From: Candidatus Nitrospira inopinata
GTDB lineage: Bacteria; Nitrospirota; Nitrospiria; Nitrospirales; Nitrospiraceae
Assembly: GCF_001458695.1 (NCBI RefSeq)
Contig: NZ_LN885086.1
Location: 2,490,001-2,522,000 of the forward strand
Direction: 5' to 3'
Length of the DNA: 32,000 nucleotides
This document shows positions 7,264 through 15,397 of the stretch, piece after piece (the stretch's first letter is position 1; each line of letters begins with the position of its first letter). The notes beneath the pieces were generated by a model, which was given only the letters and a program-made list of their open reading frames with translations, had not been told where the DNA came from and did not search any database. A program made the position numbers and the translations under genes.

Positions 7264-8222
7264 CGGCGGGGGATCTGTTGCTCGCGGCCGCGCTCGATGC
7301 CCTCATGGGCGATCCTCGTTCGTTGCCCCATCCGGTGCGACTGATGGGGCGGTGTATCGCCTGGTGTGATGAATTTCTGCACGCCAGGTGTCGGGGCTCG
7401 AAGGGGCTCTTGATTGCAGGGGTCTGTCTCGCTGTCGGATTGCCACTCGGCGTGTTTGGCTTGAGCGCCATGTTGATCGGGCTTGCTGAGCGGCTGGACG
7501 GTCTGTTTGGCTCGGTCGTGACAATCTGGTTGGCTTCGACCACGTTGGCGGCTCGTGATCTCTGGGACCATGTGCGGGCGGTCGAACGGCCGCTGCTGGC
7601 TGGAGACCCTTCCACCGCGCGTCACGCCCTGGGGATGATCGTTGGGCGGGACACGGCCCATCTCTCCGAATCGGAAATATCGCGGGCGACGATCGAGACC
7701 ACGGCGGAGAGCACGGCGGATGGGATCATCGCGCCCTTGTTGTATTTGGCCTTAGGAGGCGTGCCCTTGGCCCTCGCCTACAAGGCGGTCAGCACGCTCG
7801 ATTCGATGGTCGGCCATCGTGACGAACGGTATATCGATTTCGGGTGGGCCTCGGCCCGGCTCGATGATGTGGTGAACTGGATTCCAGCCCGTGTGACGGC
7901 TGGGCTGCTCATTCTGAGTGCGGCTCTGATCCCTCGTCGGTTCTATCCCTATGACGTGGGCCGAGGCTGGCGCGTGTTTGTGCGCGATGGAGGCAACCAT
8001 CCCAGTCCCAACAGTGGCAGGCCGGAGGCTACAATGGCCGGTCTGTTGGGCATCCGATTGGGTGGGACGAATTACTATGATGGGGTTGCTGAAGAACGAC
8101 CGTTTCTCAATCCAGAGGGGCGGGCGGCGGAGCCTCAAGATATCGCCTCAGCCTTAAGGTTGATGGTGATGGCGTCACTCTTGGGCGTTGGCCTGGCGGC
8201 TGGGTGGAGGTGGCTCCTGTGA
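7260..8222 (+). CDS. cbiB: adenosylcobinamide-phosphate synthase
   Basis: Start ATG 7260 overlaps the cobS stop (ATGA). The N-terminus LLLAAALDALMGDPRSLPHPVRLMG is the CbiB/CobD-family signature, and the protein is membrane-embedded. The 135-aa N-terminal extension in the track ORF (from 6855) lies in an alternative frame of cobS and was rejected. Confidence 0.85.
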   Translation: MTAGDLLLAAALDALMGDPRSLPHPVRLMGRCIAWCDEFLHARCRGSKGLLIAGVCLAVGLPLGVFGLSAMLIGLAERLDGLFGSVVTIWLASTTLAARDLWDHVRAVERPLLAGDPSTARHALGMIVGRDTAHLSESEISRATIETTAESTADGIIAPLLYLALGGVPLALAYKAVSTLDSMVGHRDERYIDFGWASARLDDVVNWIPARVTAGLLILSAALIPRRFYPYDVGRGWRVFVRDGGNHPSPNSGRPEATMAGLLGIRLGGTNYYDGVAEERPFLNPEGRAAEPQDIASALRLMVMASLLGVGLAAGWRWLL

Positions 8223-9328
8223 CCGATGTCCATGGCGGCAATATCTATGCTGTGGCGCGCGAGCTGAATCGTCACCCGGACGAGATCCTGGACTTTAGCG
8301 CCAGCATCAATCCGCTGGGACCTTCTCCGATGGTGTGGAAGGCCATGGTCGCCGCTCGCAAGCTGGTCGCCCACTATCCTGACCCCTCCTGCTGGGAGCT
8401 GCGGCAGGCCTTGGGCCAACGGTGGGGCATCGATCCGGAACAGATTGTCGTGGGGAACGGCTCGATGGAGCTGATCGATGCCATTCCACGGACGCTTAAT
8501 CTCAAGCGGCTGGTGGTCGTGCATCCGACTTTTTCGGAATATGAACGGGCGATGGCGCGAGCCGGTGGCTCGGTGGTGACGATCTATGCGAAACGGGCGC
8601 AGGACTATGCCATTCCCCTTGACCGCCTGGTGAGGCTTCTTGATTCGCTTGATTCAAAAGAGGGCGAGGCCCTTTCTCTCGATGGCCTGATGCTCTGTAA
8701 TCCCAACAGTCCAACCGGTCAAACCTGTTCGGTTGAGGAAGTCTCGTACCTGGCCAAACTTGCCGCTCGACGGAGGCTCTGGCTGGTGCTCGATGAGGCC
8801 TTTGCCGACTATTGTCCGGAACGGTCGGTGTTGCCGAAGGCCGCCTCATGGCCGCAGGTGATCGTCTTGCGCAGCATGACCAAGTTCTATGCCTTGCCTG
8901 GGCTCCGTGTGGGCTATGCCGTGGCTTCGCGATCAGTGGCTCGTCGGCTGCGGACACACCTGTCTCCCTGGTCCGTCAATACAATCGGCCAGGTTGCGGC
9001 GCTCGCCGCCTTGGGTGACCAGGCTCATGCCGAAAAGAGTCTGCGCTTCATGGCTCGCGAGAGGGACCGATTCGCCTCGTTATTGAGGGCTCTTCCCGGA
9101 TGCCAGGTGATCGGACCCTCGGCGAACTACATCTTTGTTGAGCTGCCGCGTGGCTGGCGGGCAAGGACGGCAACCGATCGACTCAGGCGCGAGGGGCTGC
9201 TGATCCGTGACTGTTCGTCAGTCCCGGGAGCTTCTGCCCGGGCAATTCGTCTGGCCGTGCGATTGCCATCGGACAATGATCGGCTGGTGAAGGTTCTTTC
9301 GACCATGATGGAGAAACCCAATGGATGA
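8204..9328 (+). CDS. cobD: L-threonine-O-3-phosphate decarboxylase (class I/II aminotransferase fold)
   Basis: Motifs are HGGNIYAVA...ILDFSASINPLGPSP and the PLP-lysine context SMTKFYALPGLRVGY. The start is ambiguous: 8204, or GTG 8219 giving a GTGA overlap with the cbiB stop. Confidence 0.8.
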   Translation: MEVAPVTDVHGGNIYAVARELNRHPDEILDFSASINPLGPSPMVWKAMVAARKLVAHYPDPSCWELRQALGQRWGIDPEQIVVGNGSMELIDAIPRTLNLKRLVVVHPTFSEYERAMARAGGSVVTIYAKRAQDYAIPLDRLVRLLDSLDSKEGEALSLDGLMLCNPNSPTGQTCSVEEVSYLAKLAARRRLWLVLDEAFADYCPERSVLPKAASWPQVIVLRSMTKFYALPGLRVGYAVASRSVARRLRTHLSPWSVNTIGQVAALAALGDQAHAEKSLRFMARERDRFASLLRALPGCQVIGPSANYIFVELPRGWRARTATDRLRREGLLIRDCSSVPGASARAIRLAVRLPSDNDRLVKVLSTMMEKPNG

Positions 9329-10067
9329 CATCATCGCCAGCTCCGTGCGTACCGCCTATCAGGTGATCGACCGGACGTTGATCATCGATCTAGGCGGCCG
9401 ACGAAGGGTGCTCTCATCCGCTCCTCAGGGGGGAGGAGTCGCTTTTGCGTCGTATGTCCTGAATCATCAGGTCGATGGTCACGACGTGACGCACAATGGA
9501 CGTCCACGGCAGCTTGGCGATCCGGCCCGTTGCTTAAAACAGGTAGCTGCTCGATACGGTCTCAAGGGGTCAACGGTTGGCTTAATGACGGCGGTGCCGA
9601 TGACACAGCTCGTCACGGCCCGGTACGAAGCGGGACCGCTTAGGGTTGAGTGTTTTGCAACCGTTGGGGTTGCCAATGCGGTGCGGGCCGGGGAATGGGG
9701 AACGAAGACGGCTGCTCGGCAGGCCGAGCCGGTTTCTAGGGCTCCTGGCACCATCAATCTGATCCTTCTCACGAACAGCCATCTCTCCACCGCCGCGATG
9801 GTGGGAGCAGTCCAGGTTGCGACGGAGGCCAAGACTGCCGTGCTGCTCGATGCAGGGGTTCCCAGTGCCTATAGTGCCTCATCCGCCACTGGAACCGGCA
9901 CCGATGCCGTGGTCATTGCCTGTGAACTGAAGGGACGGAGGGCGTTCTACCGGTACAGTGGCACCCACACGCTCTTGGGGACATTGGTCGCCCGCGCAGT
10001 GACGCACTGTGTCTCCGAGGGTTTGCGGAAGGCGACGCTCTGGAAAGAGGCTCGTCGCAAACGATAA
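9321..10067 (+). CDS. cbiZ: adenosylcobinamide amidohydrolase
   Basis: It overlaps the cobD stop by 8 nt. Strings VLSSAPQGGG, GTINLILLTN and ATGTGTDAVVIAC fit my memory of the CbiZ family. The operon context supports the call, but it needs HMM confirmation. Confidence 0.65.
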   Translation: MDDIIASSVRTAYQVIDRTLIIDLGGRRRVLSSAPQGGGVAFASYVLNHQVDGHDVTHNGRPRQLGDPARCLKQVAARYGLKGSTVGLMTAVPMTQLVTARYEAGPLRVECFATVGVANAVRAGEWGTKTAARQAEPVSRAPGTINLILLTNSHLSTAAMVGAVQVATEAKTAVLLDAGVPSAYSASSATGTGTDAVVIACELKGRRAFYRYSGTHTLLGTLVARAVTHCVSEGLRKATLWKEARRKR

Positions 10068-10359
10068 GTCGGCCGATTTCGTGCCCCCCATGACGATCTT
10101 TCCCGTCGTGTCATAAACCGGACCTCTTTCATCCCACCGGTCCAAGCGATCGCCTTCTTCGTGATCTCTTCCTTGATGGAGATGGCGCGATTTCTTGCAA
10201 ACCGACGCCAAGTCGCTACACTTGGGAAAAGTCCGGTCTCCAAGGTGACTTCTCTCCTGAATCGCGGGTGATCGAGCGTTCATCTGAAGGTCCCTCGTCA
10301 GTGGTGGTGCCGATTCAGAGACACGAGGGCGCGATGGTTTGGAAGAGACACAGAAGACG

Positions 10360-10878
10360 ATGGAAACGATAGACAAGCCCTCTGAACCTTGCGCCGGTTC
10401 ACTCTCCGACCTTGCCAAGTCCGTCCACTCGCGCCGCGTCTGCCTGCTTCCAGTGAGCCAAGAGTATCTGGCGGTTGAATTGGGTTCTCTCTGTGAAGTG
10501 ATCAAGGTCAAGGGAATGACCACCGTTCCAGGCATGCCTCCTGTTCTGGTCGGAGTGACCACCTGTCGAGGCGCCGTGATCCCGCTGGTCGAACTGCGGG
10601 TCTTGCTCGATTGGCCGGGAGCCTCGGCGCCACGGTACGCCGCCGTGGTGAGACAGGGCGGGGCCCGGTTCGGCATTCTGATAGACGATATCCCTGAGAT
10701 ACAAACCGTTCAGTGCGGCGATGTGCCGGAAGAGCCGTGCGGCAAGCAGCCGAACCGCCGCTCTTTTTTGACGGGTTTCGTAAACGTGACGGGGAGGAAA
10801 TGCGCGCGATTGGATCTGTCGGCGCTCCTCGCAACGATTGAGTCCCTGCCGGCTCGGCCTGTAATCGGTGGGAGTTGA
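10360..10878 (+). CDS. cheW: CheW-like coupling protein
   Basis: The CheW-domain pattern is LAVELGSLCEVIKVKGMTTVPGMPPVLVGVTTCRGAVIPLVELRVLL ... FGILIDDIPEI. I prefer ATG 10360 as the start. The track start is TTG 10339. Confidence 0.8.
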   Translation: METIDKPSEPCAGSLSDLAKSVHSRRVCLLPVSQEYLAVELGSLCEVIKVKGMTTVPGMPPVLVGVTTCRGAVIPLVELRVLLDWPGASAPRYAAVVRQGGARFGILIDDIPEIQTVQCGDVPEEPCGKQPNRRSFLTGFVNVTGRKCARLDLSALLATIESLPARPVIGGS

Positions 10879-10949
10879 TGAACGCGAAGCCGATCGGAAA
10901 AGACCGAGGTGTGTTCCCGAAAACTGTATGAGGCGATGGAGGTCCGATC

Positions 10950-12839
10950 ATGGCAAGGTATTGGCGGTGGATAAATGAGTCGATTGAATCTTGGTTCGGG
11001 AATCTCAAAGTCCTTCACAAATTGATGATAGGGGTCGTGGTTGTCGGTGTCATGATGAGCCTTCTTGTCTTGATCGGGTTGAGCGGCATCGATCGCCTAA
11101 AAAGCGATATGGATTCCGCTTCCGTCCGGCCCATTTCGGCCCTCTCGCAGATTTCGATGAGCGGCAACAATTTGGCCCTGTATCAAAGCGTGTTGCCGGG
11201 CCTGGGTCGGCACACCAACAAGGCGGACTTTGACGACGCCGTCGGCAAGCTTGGCGAGTTAAAGCGGCAGACGTTCGCGCCACTGGACGTCTATGAAGCA
11301 GAGGTAAGCAGAGAGTCGGTCGCAGGAGCCGAAGACGGCAAACGTATAACCGTGCTCCGCCGGTCTCTCAACGACTATTTCGTCGCGGCCGAAGGGGCGA
11401 TCGGAACGCTCGCCGACGGTTTCAACGAGTCACTGGAGGATGATGAGAGGCGGGCGATAAAAGACGTCGGCCTGCTCGCGATCTCCGGAGACGTTGCGGC
11501 GAAGCAGCGCAAGGTCACCGTGCAAATTCACGAGTTGATGATCAAGATTCGGGAATCGGCGAGGGAGGCGAACGAGAAAATACGGGCGGAGGCGGATGAT
11601 TATGCCGATTCGCTGTTGATCGGATGGGCGTGCGCCCTCCTTCTGGGAAGCGGCGTCGGATATGTGTCGGCCCGCCGTGTCTCCCGAAACGTCGGGCGCA
11701 TGGCCGACGTCGTCGGACAAGCCGTTGCGGGGAATCTGCAGGCCCGTGCTCGATCGGAAGGGTATGATGAATTGGGCCGTCTGGCCAAGACGCTCAACAT
11801 CCTGTTGGAGCGGACAGCGTCGTTTGTGTCGGCCGAAGAAGACCGGGATCGGCTGCAGAAACGGCTGAAGCGGTTCCAAACGTTGATGGCGGAGGTTGTG
11901 AAGGGAGATTTGAGCAAACGAGGGGAGGTCACGCCCGACGTCGTGGGCGACGTCGCGCAAGAATTCAATCTCATGATTCAGAAATTTTCGCAATTGCTGC
12001 TGCACGTTCGCGAATCGGCGGAGCGGGTATCAAAATCGGCGGGCATCCTGCGGGACTATGGCGGTCGAACGTCGGAGACAGCCGGACATCGGAGCGAGGA
12101 GGCTCTCAAGGCGCTTGAGACGGTCGAACGGTTGGTGATGTCCATGCGACGGGTTTCTGAAATCGCAAGAGCTTCGTCTGAATCGGCACGAGAAGCGATT
12201 GAGGCCGTGGAGGAGGGGAGAATTGCCGCGGGAGATCCATCGCAAGGCTTTGAGGATATTCGTGATTTCGTCCGGCGCGCGACGGCGCAGATCAAGGCGC
12301 TCGACGATCGCTGTTCGAACATCGGGCATCTGGCGTCGACGATTCAAGAGGCGGCTGGCCGGACGACCCTTCTCGTGTTGAACGCGGCCATCGACGCCAT
12401 CGGTGCGGGAGAGGCAGGCGACCGTTTTGCCGTCGTGGCCGATCAGGTGAAAAACCTGGCTCAAAGCTCGATGCGGGCCGCGCGAGACGTCGTGGATTTG
12501 GCGAAAGCCGTGCAAAACGAGGCGCGAAGCGTCGTCTCCGCCATGGAGCGAGAGATGGGCCTCATGGCGACCAGGAGACTTCCCGTGGCCCACACGAAAG
12601 ACCCGTTCCACCACATTTCGGCGTTTGCGCAACGATCTCGCGATTTTGCCGGAACCATTGCCTCGGCCGTTGCGGAGCAAGCGTCTTCGATCGACGCGGT
12701 CGGCCGGTTCGTCAAAGACGTGATCGAGGAAGCCAACGCCGCGCAACTCGCAATGGACAGAGCGCGGGCCGCAGTGGAGGACGTAGATAAATCGGCGGAG
12801 AGTGTGACGGCTTCCGTCGCTCGATTCAGGCTGGCCTGA
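10950..12839 (+). CDS. methyl-accepting chemotaxis-type receptor (two TM, HAMP, PilJ-like linker, divergent signalling tip)
   Basis: A GGAGG SD lies 7 nt upstream. TM1 is about aa 25-46 and TM2 about aa 221-240, with a ~174-aa helical sensor region between them. HAMP is at aa 241-290 (ELGRLAKTLNILLERT). The signalling hairpin is TLLVLNAAIDAIGAGEAGDRFAVVADQVKNLAQSS (nt 12363-12470). Confidence 0.85.
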   Translation: MARYWRWINESIESWFGNLKVLHKLMIGVVVVGVMMSLLVLIGLSGIDRLKSDMDSASVRPISALSQISMSGNNLALYQSVLPGLGRHTNKADFDDAVGKLGELKRQTFAPLDVYEAEVSRESVAGAEDGKRITVLRRSLNDYFVAAEGAIGTLADGFNESLEDDERRAIKDVGLLAISGDVAAKQRKVTVQIHELMIKIRESAREANEKIRAEADDYADSLLIGWACALLLGSGVGYVSARRVSRNVGRMADVVGQAVAGNLQARARSEGYDELGRLAKTLNILLERTASFVSAEEDRDRLQKRLKRFQTLMAEVVKGDLSKRGEVTPDVVGDVAQEFNLMIQKFSQLLLHVRESAERVSKSAGILRDYGGRTSETAGHRSEEALKALETVERLVMSMRRVSEIARASSESAREAIEAVEEGRIAAGDPSQGFEDIRDFVRRATAQIKALDDRCSNIGHLASTIQEAAGRTTLLVLNAAIDAIGAGEAGDRFAVVADQVKNLAQSSMRAARDVVDLAKAVQNEARSVVSAMEREMGLMATRRLPVAHTKDPFHHISAFAQRSRDFAGTIASAVAEQASSIDAVGRFVKDVIEEANAAQLAMDRARAAVEDVDKSAESVTASVARFRLA

Positions 12840-12866
12840 TGAGCGGCGGCGCAGAGGGCGAGAATC

Positions 12867-15293
12867 GTGAGCGGCGTGGGTGAGCCGATGAGATCGGAAA
12901 TGGAGCGGAGGAATCTCATCGGCGTGTTTGTCGAAGAAGCCTCGGACGCCCTTCGGGTTCTGGCCGAGGCGTTGAGCCCAAATGACGGGAGCGAGCCCGC
13001 TCCTCAGTCCATCCGCGCATGCGTCGTCGCGGCGCATCGAATCAAACAAGCCGCCGCTCTGTACGGATATGATGGAGTCGCCAGTCTCTGCGAACGATTG
13101 GAGGCGCTCTGTGAAAAAACGGCGACGGTTTCCGATCATGCGCGGTTTCAGGGGGTTCTTGTAACAAGGAAACTTGTGCAAGATATGGAGACGCTCGTTC
13201 AGGCGATTCTGAAGGGAGAGAAAGAGGACCGGAAGGTGATCGAAGAATGTCTGGCTTCCTCCGCAGCTTTCTTGAACGACCGGTCGAATTCGTCAGCGAA
13301 TGAGGCGCCGGTCCAATCTCACGAAGGCGCGCCGGCGGTGACTCACGAGATTGATGCAGATCCGAACGGTTCAGGTCGCTACTTTCTCCCCGTGTTGGAT
13401 AAAGAAGAGGCTTCGTACTTCTCGTTCGAAGTCGTGGAGCATTTGAGAGAATTGGAAGAGGGGCTTCTCCGATTGAGCGAGGAATCCGATGACCGAGAAC
13501 TGATCGATCGCCTTTTCAGAACGGCCCATACACTCAAAGGCTCCGCCTATACGGTCGGTTTCCAGGCGATTGGCGATCTTGTCCATCGCCTTGAAGATTT
13601 TCTGGAGGCGGTCAGGTCAGGCGGTCGTTATGCCACGCCCGAACAGGTCCTGGTCCTGCTTCGCGCGATCGACGTTATTCGTGCGTTGAGCCGGAAAGAT
13701 CCCAGAGAGCTTGAGGAGACAAAAAGACGGTTTCACACCGTCGCGTCGGAACTGCAATGCTTCGACCGAGATTTTGCTTTTGAACGAGCGCTGAAGCGGA
13801 ATTCCACCGAAGCACCAAGTCCATTGGGACAGGCCGAAGATCCCGTCGTCGATCGAGCGCGGGCACGGGGATGGAACGATGCCGGAAAGAAAGAGAAGCC
13901 CAAAATCATCCGTATCGACTCTTCTCGCTTTGATCGGCTGATGAATCTGGTCGATGAACTCATGATCGGATGGGGTCGGTTGGATCGGCAACTGAGAAGG
14001 CTGGAAAGACTCGCCGATCGAACGTCGGGAGGCAAGGCGCAGAGGGGTGAGTCGATCAAATCGGGAGGGAGCGGCCATGAACGTGATCAAGACAACCCCG
14101 ACGGGTTGGTCCGGCACAGCTCAAGAAACCCCGCAACGGCCGATATCGTGACGCAATTGCGGGAAGTGCTTCAACATGCCCGTGAGGAGATGGACGAGGC
14201 GCAGCGGATGACCGGGTCGTTACGGGAAGAAATCTCCGGAGTCGGCCTTGTGCCGGTCGGCCCGGTGCTCTCGCGATTTCAGCGCGCGGCGCGCGAGGTC
14301 TCCGACCAATTGGGAAAACGGGTGTCGCTGGTGTTCTCGGGAGAGCATGTGCAGGTCGATGCGTCGATCCTTGAACGTCTGACCGATGCGTTGACTCATT
14401 TGATCCGGAACGCCGTCTTCCATGGAATCGAATCCCCGTCCGAACGGGTCGCGCGAGGCAAATCGGAAGTCGGAACGATCTCCGTACAGGTCGAACGGAG
14501 AGGGCGCTCTCTCGTCATCAAGATCGAAGACGACGGAGAGGGAGTGGACATGGAGGCGGTCCGTCAAAAAGCCCTGATGATGGGGTTGATTCGACCCGAA
14601 AACCTCCCGTCCCTCTCCGAGCAGGAGATCCTTCAGTCTATCTTTGCTCCGGGGGTCTCGACCGCCTCCACAACGAGTCGCTTCGCGGGGCGAGGGGTGG
14701 GACTTGATGCGGTCAAACGCACAATGGAAGAAATAGGAGGGCGCGTCGAAGTGGAATCACGCCTGAACGTCGGAACGACGTTCATTCTACATTTTCCCGT
14801 CACGCCGCTGATCACGACGGTCTTACTTGTTCGCCTCGATGCCGATCGGTACGCGATCCCGCTTTCGAACGTTCGGACGGTCGCAGTGCCGTCGGTGGAT
14901 TCGCTGGTTCGCGCTGAGGAACGCACGCTCCTTCGTTTGGATGAAGAAACGGTTGAGGTGCGGTCTCTCCGGCACATTCTGAAAGACGAGTCGGAACCGA
15001 TGGGGGCATCGGTGCCGATCGCGGTCGTTCGAACAGCGACGGGGGACTTGGGATTGATGGTTCATGAGATTTTGGGACGGCAGGACCTCACGATTCGGAC
15101 ATGGGACTCTCTGAAACTGTTGGATCGATCGTACTTCGCGGGAACGGCCGTTGATCAAGACGGACGACTCATTCTTGTCATTGATCCGAACCGACTTCAA
15201 ATCAGTCAGCCTGGTTCGGCAATCAGGCCGGATTCATCGACGGCCGGGAACGCATCGCAAGGGGCGGCGTGTGAAAATGCGCGCAAAAATTGA
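12867..15293 (+). CDS. cheA: CheA-type histidine kinase with two Hpt domains, no C-terminal receiver
   Basis: Hpt-1 is AAHRIKQAAALYGYDG (His57, nt 13035-13037). Hpt-2 is RTAHTLKGSAYTVGF (His221, nt 13527-13529). The dimerisation segment is IRIDSSRFDRLMNLVDELMI. Kinase-core motifs are the N-box LTHLIRNAVFHGIE, the G1 box IEDDGEGVD and the G2 box GRGVGLDAV. A C-terminal CheW-like P5 domain is present. Confidence 0.9.
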   Translation: MSGVGEPMRSEMERRNLIGVFVEEASDALRVLAEALSPNDGSEPAPQSIRACVVAAHRIKQAAALYGYDGVASLCERLEALCEKTATVSDHARFQGVLVTRKLVQDMETLVQAILKGEKEDRKVIEECLASSAAFLNDRSNSSANEAPVQSHEGAPAVTHEIDADPNGSGRYFLPVLDKEEASYFSFEVVEHLRELEEGLLRLSEESDDRELIDRLFRTAHTLKGSAYTVGFQAIGDLVHRLEDFLEAVRSGGRYATPEQVLVLLRAIDVIRALSRKDPRELEETKRRFHTVASELQCFDRDFAFERALKRNSTEAPSPLGQAEDPVVDRARARGWNDAGKKEKPKIIRIDSSRFDRLMNLVDELMIGWGRLDRQLRRLERLADRTSGGKAQRGESIKSGGSGHERDQDNPDGLVRHSSRNPATADIVTQLREVLQHAREEMDEAQRMTGSLREEISGVGLVPVGPVLSRFQRAAREVSDQLGKRVSLVFSGEHVQVDASILERLTDALTHLIRNAVFHGIESPSERVARGKSEVGTISVQVERRGRSLVIKIEDDGEGVDMEAVRQKALMMGLIRPENLPSLSEQEILQSIFAPGVSTASTTSRFAGRGVGLDAVKRTMEEIGGRVEVESRLNVGTTFILHFPVTPLITTVLLVRLDADRYAIPLSNVRTVAVPSVDSLVRAEERTLLRLDEETVEVRSLRHILKDESEPMGASVPIAVVRTATGDLGLMVHEILGRQDLTIRTWDSLKLLDRSYFAGTAVDQDGRLILVIDPNRLQISQPGSAIRPDSSTAGNASQGAACENARKN

Positions 15294-15397
15294 CGAAGGT
15301 CGGTTGATTCCTGACAATGGAAGCGAGCTTGTCGACCGCCGGCCGCAGTCCGTCGGAGCGGGTCTTGCCACAAGAAACGTAGAAGAAGGGATCGCCT

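Noticed and set aside
9879-10676. A 265-aa minus-strand ORF crossing the cbiZ end, the 270-nt spacer and cheW (also the 9947-10243 ORF)
   Set aside because: It overlaps two supported plus-strand genes and shows no motifs. I also looked in the spacer 10068-10338 for a missing PilG/PilH-like receiver or a sigma-54/sigma-70 promoter and found neither. Only a 31-codon ORF without an SD is present.
12030-13181. A 383-aa minus-strand ORF spanning the MCP/CheA junction
   Set aside because: It is antisense to two genes with strong domain signatures. Its translation has no motifs and is Arg-rich.
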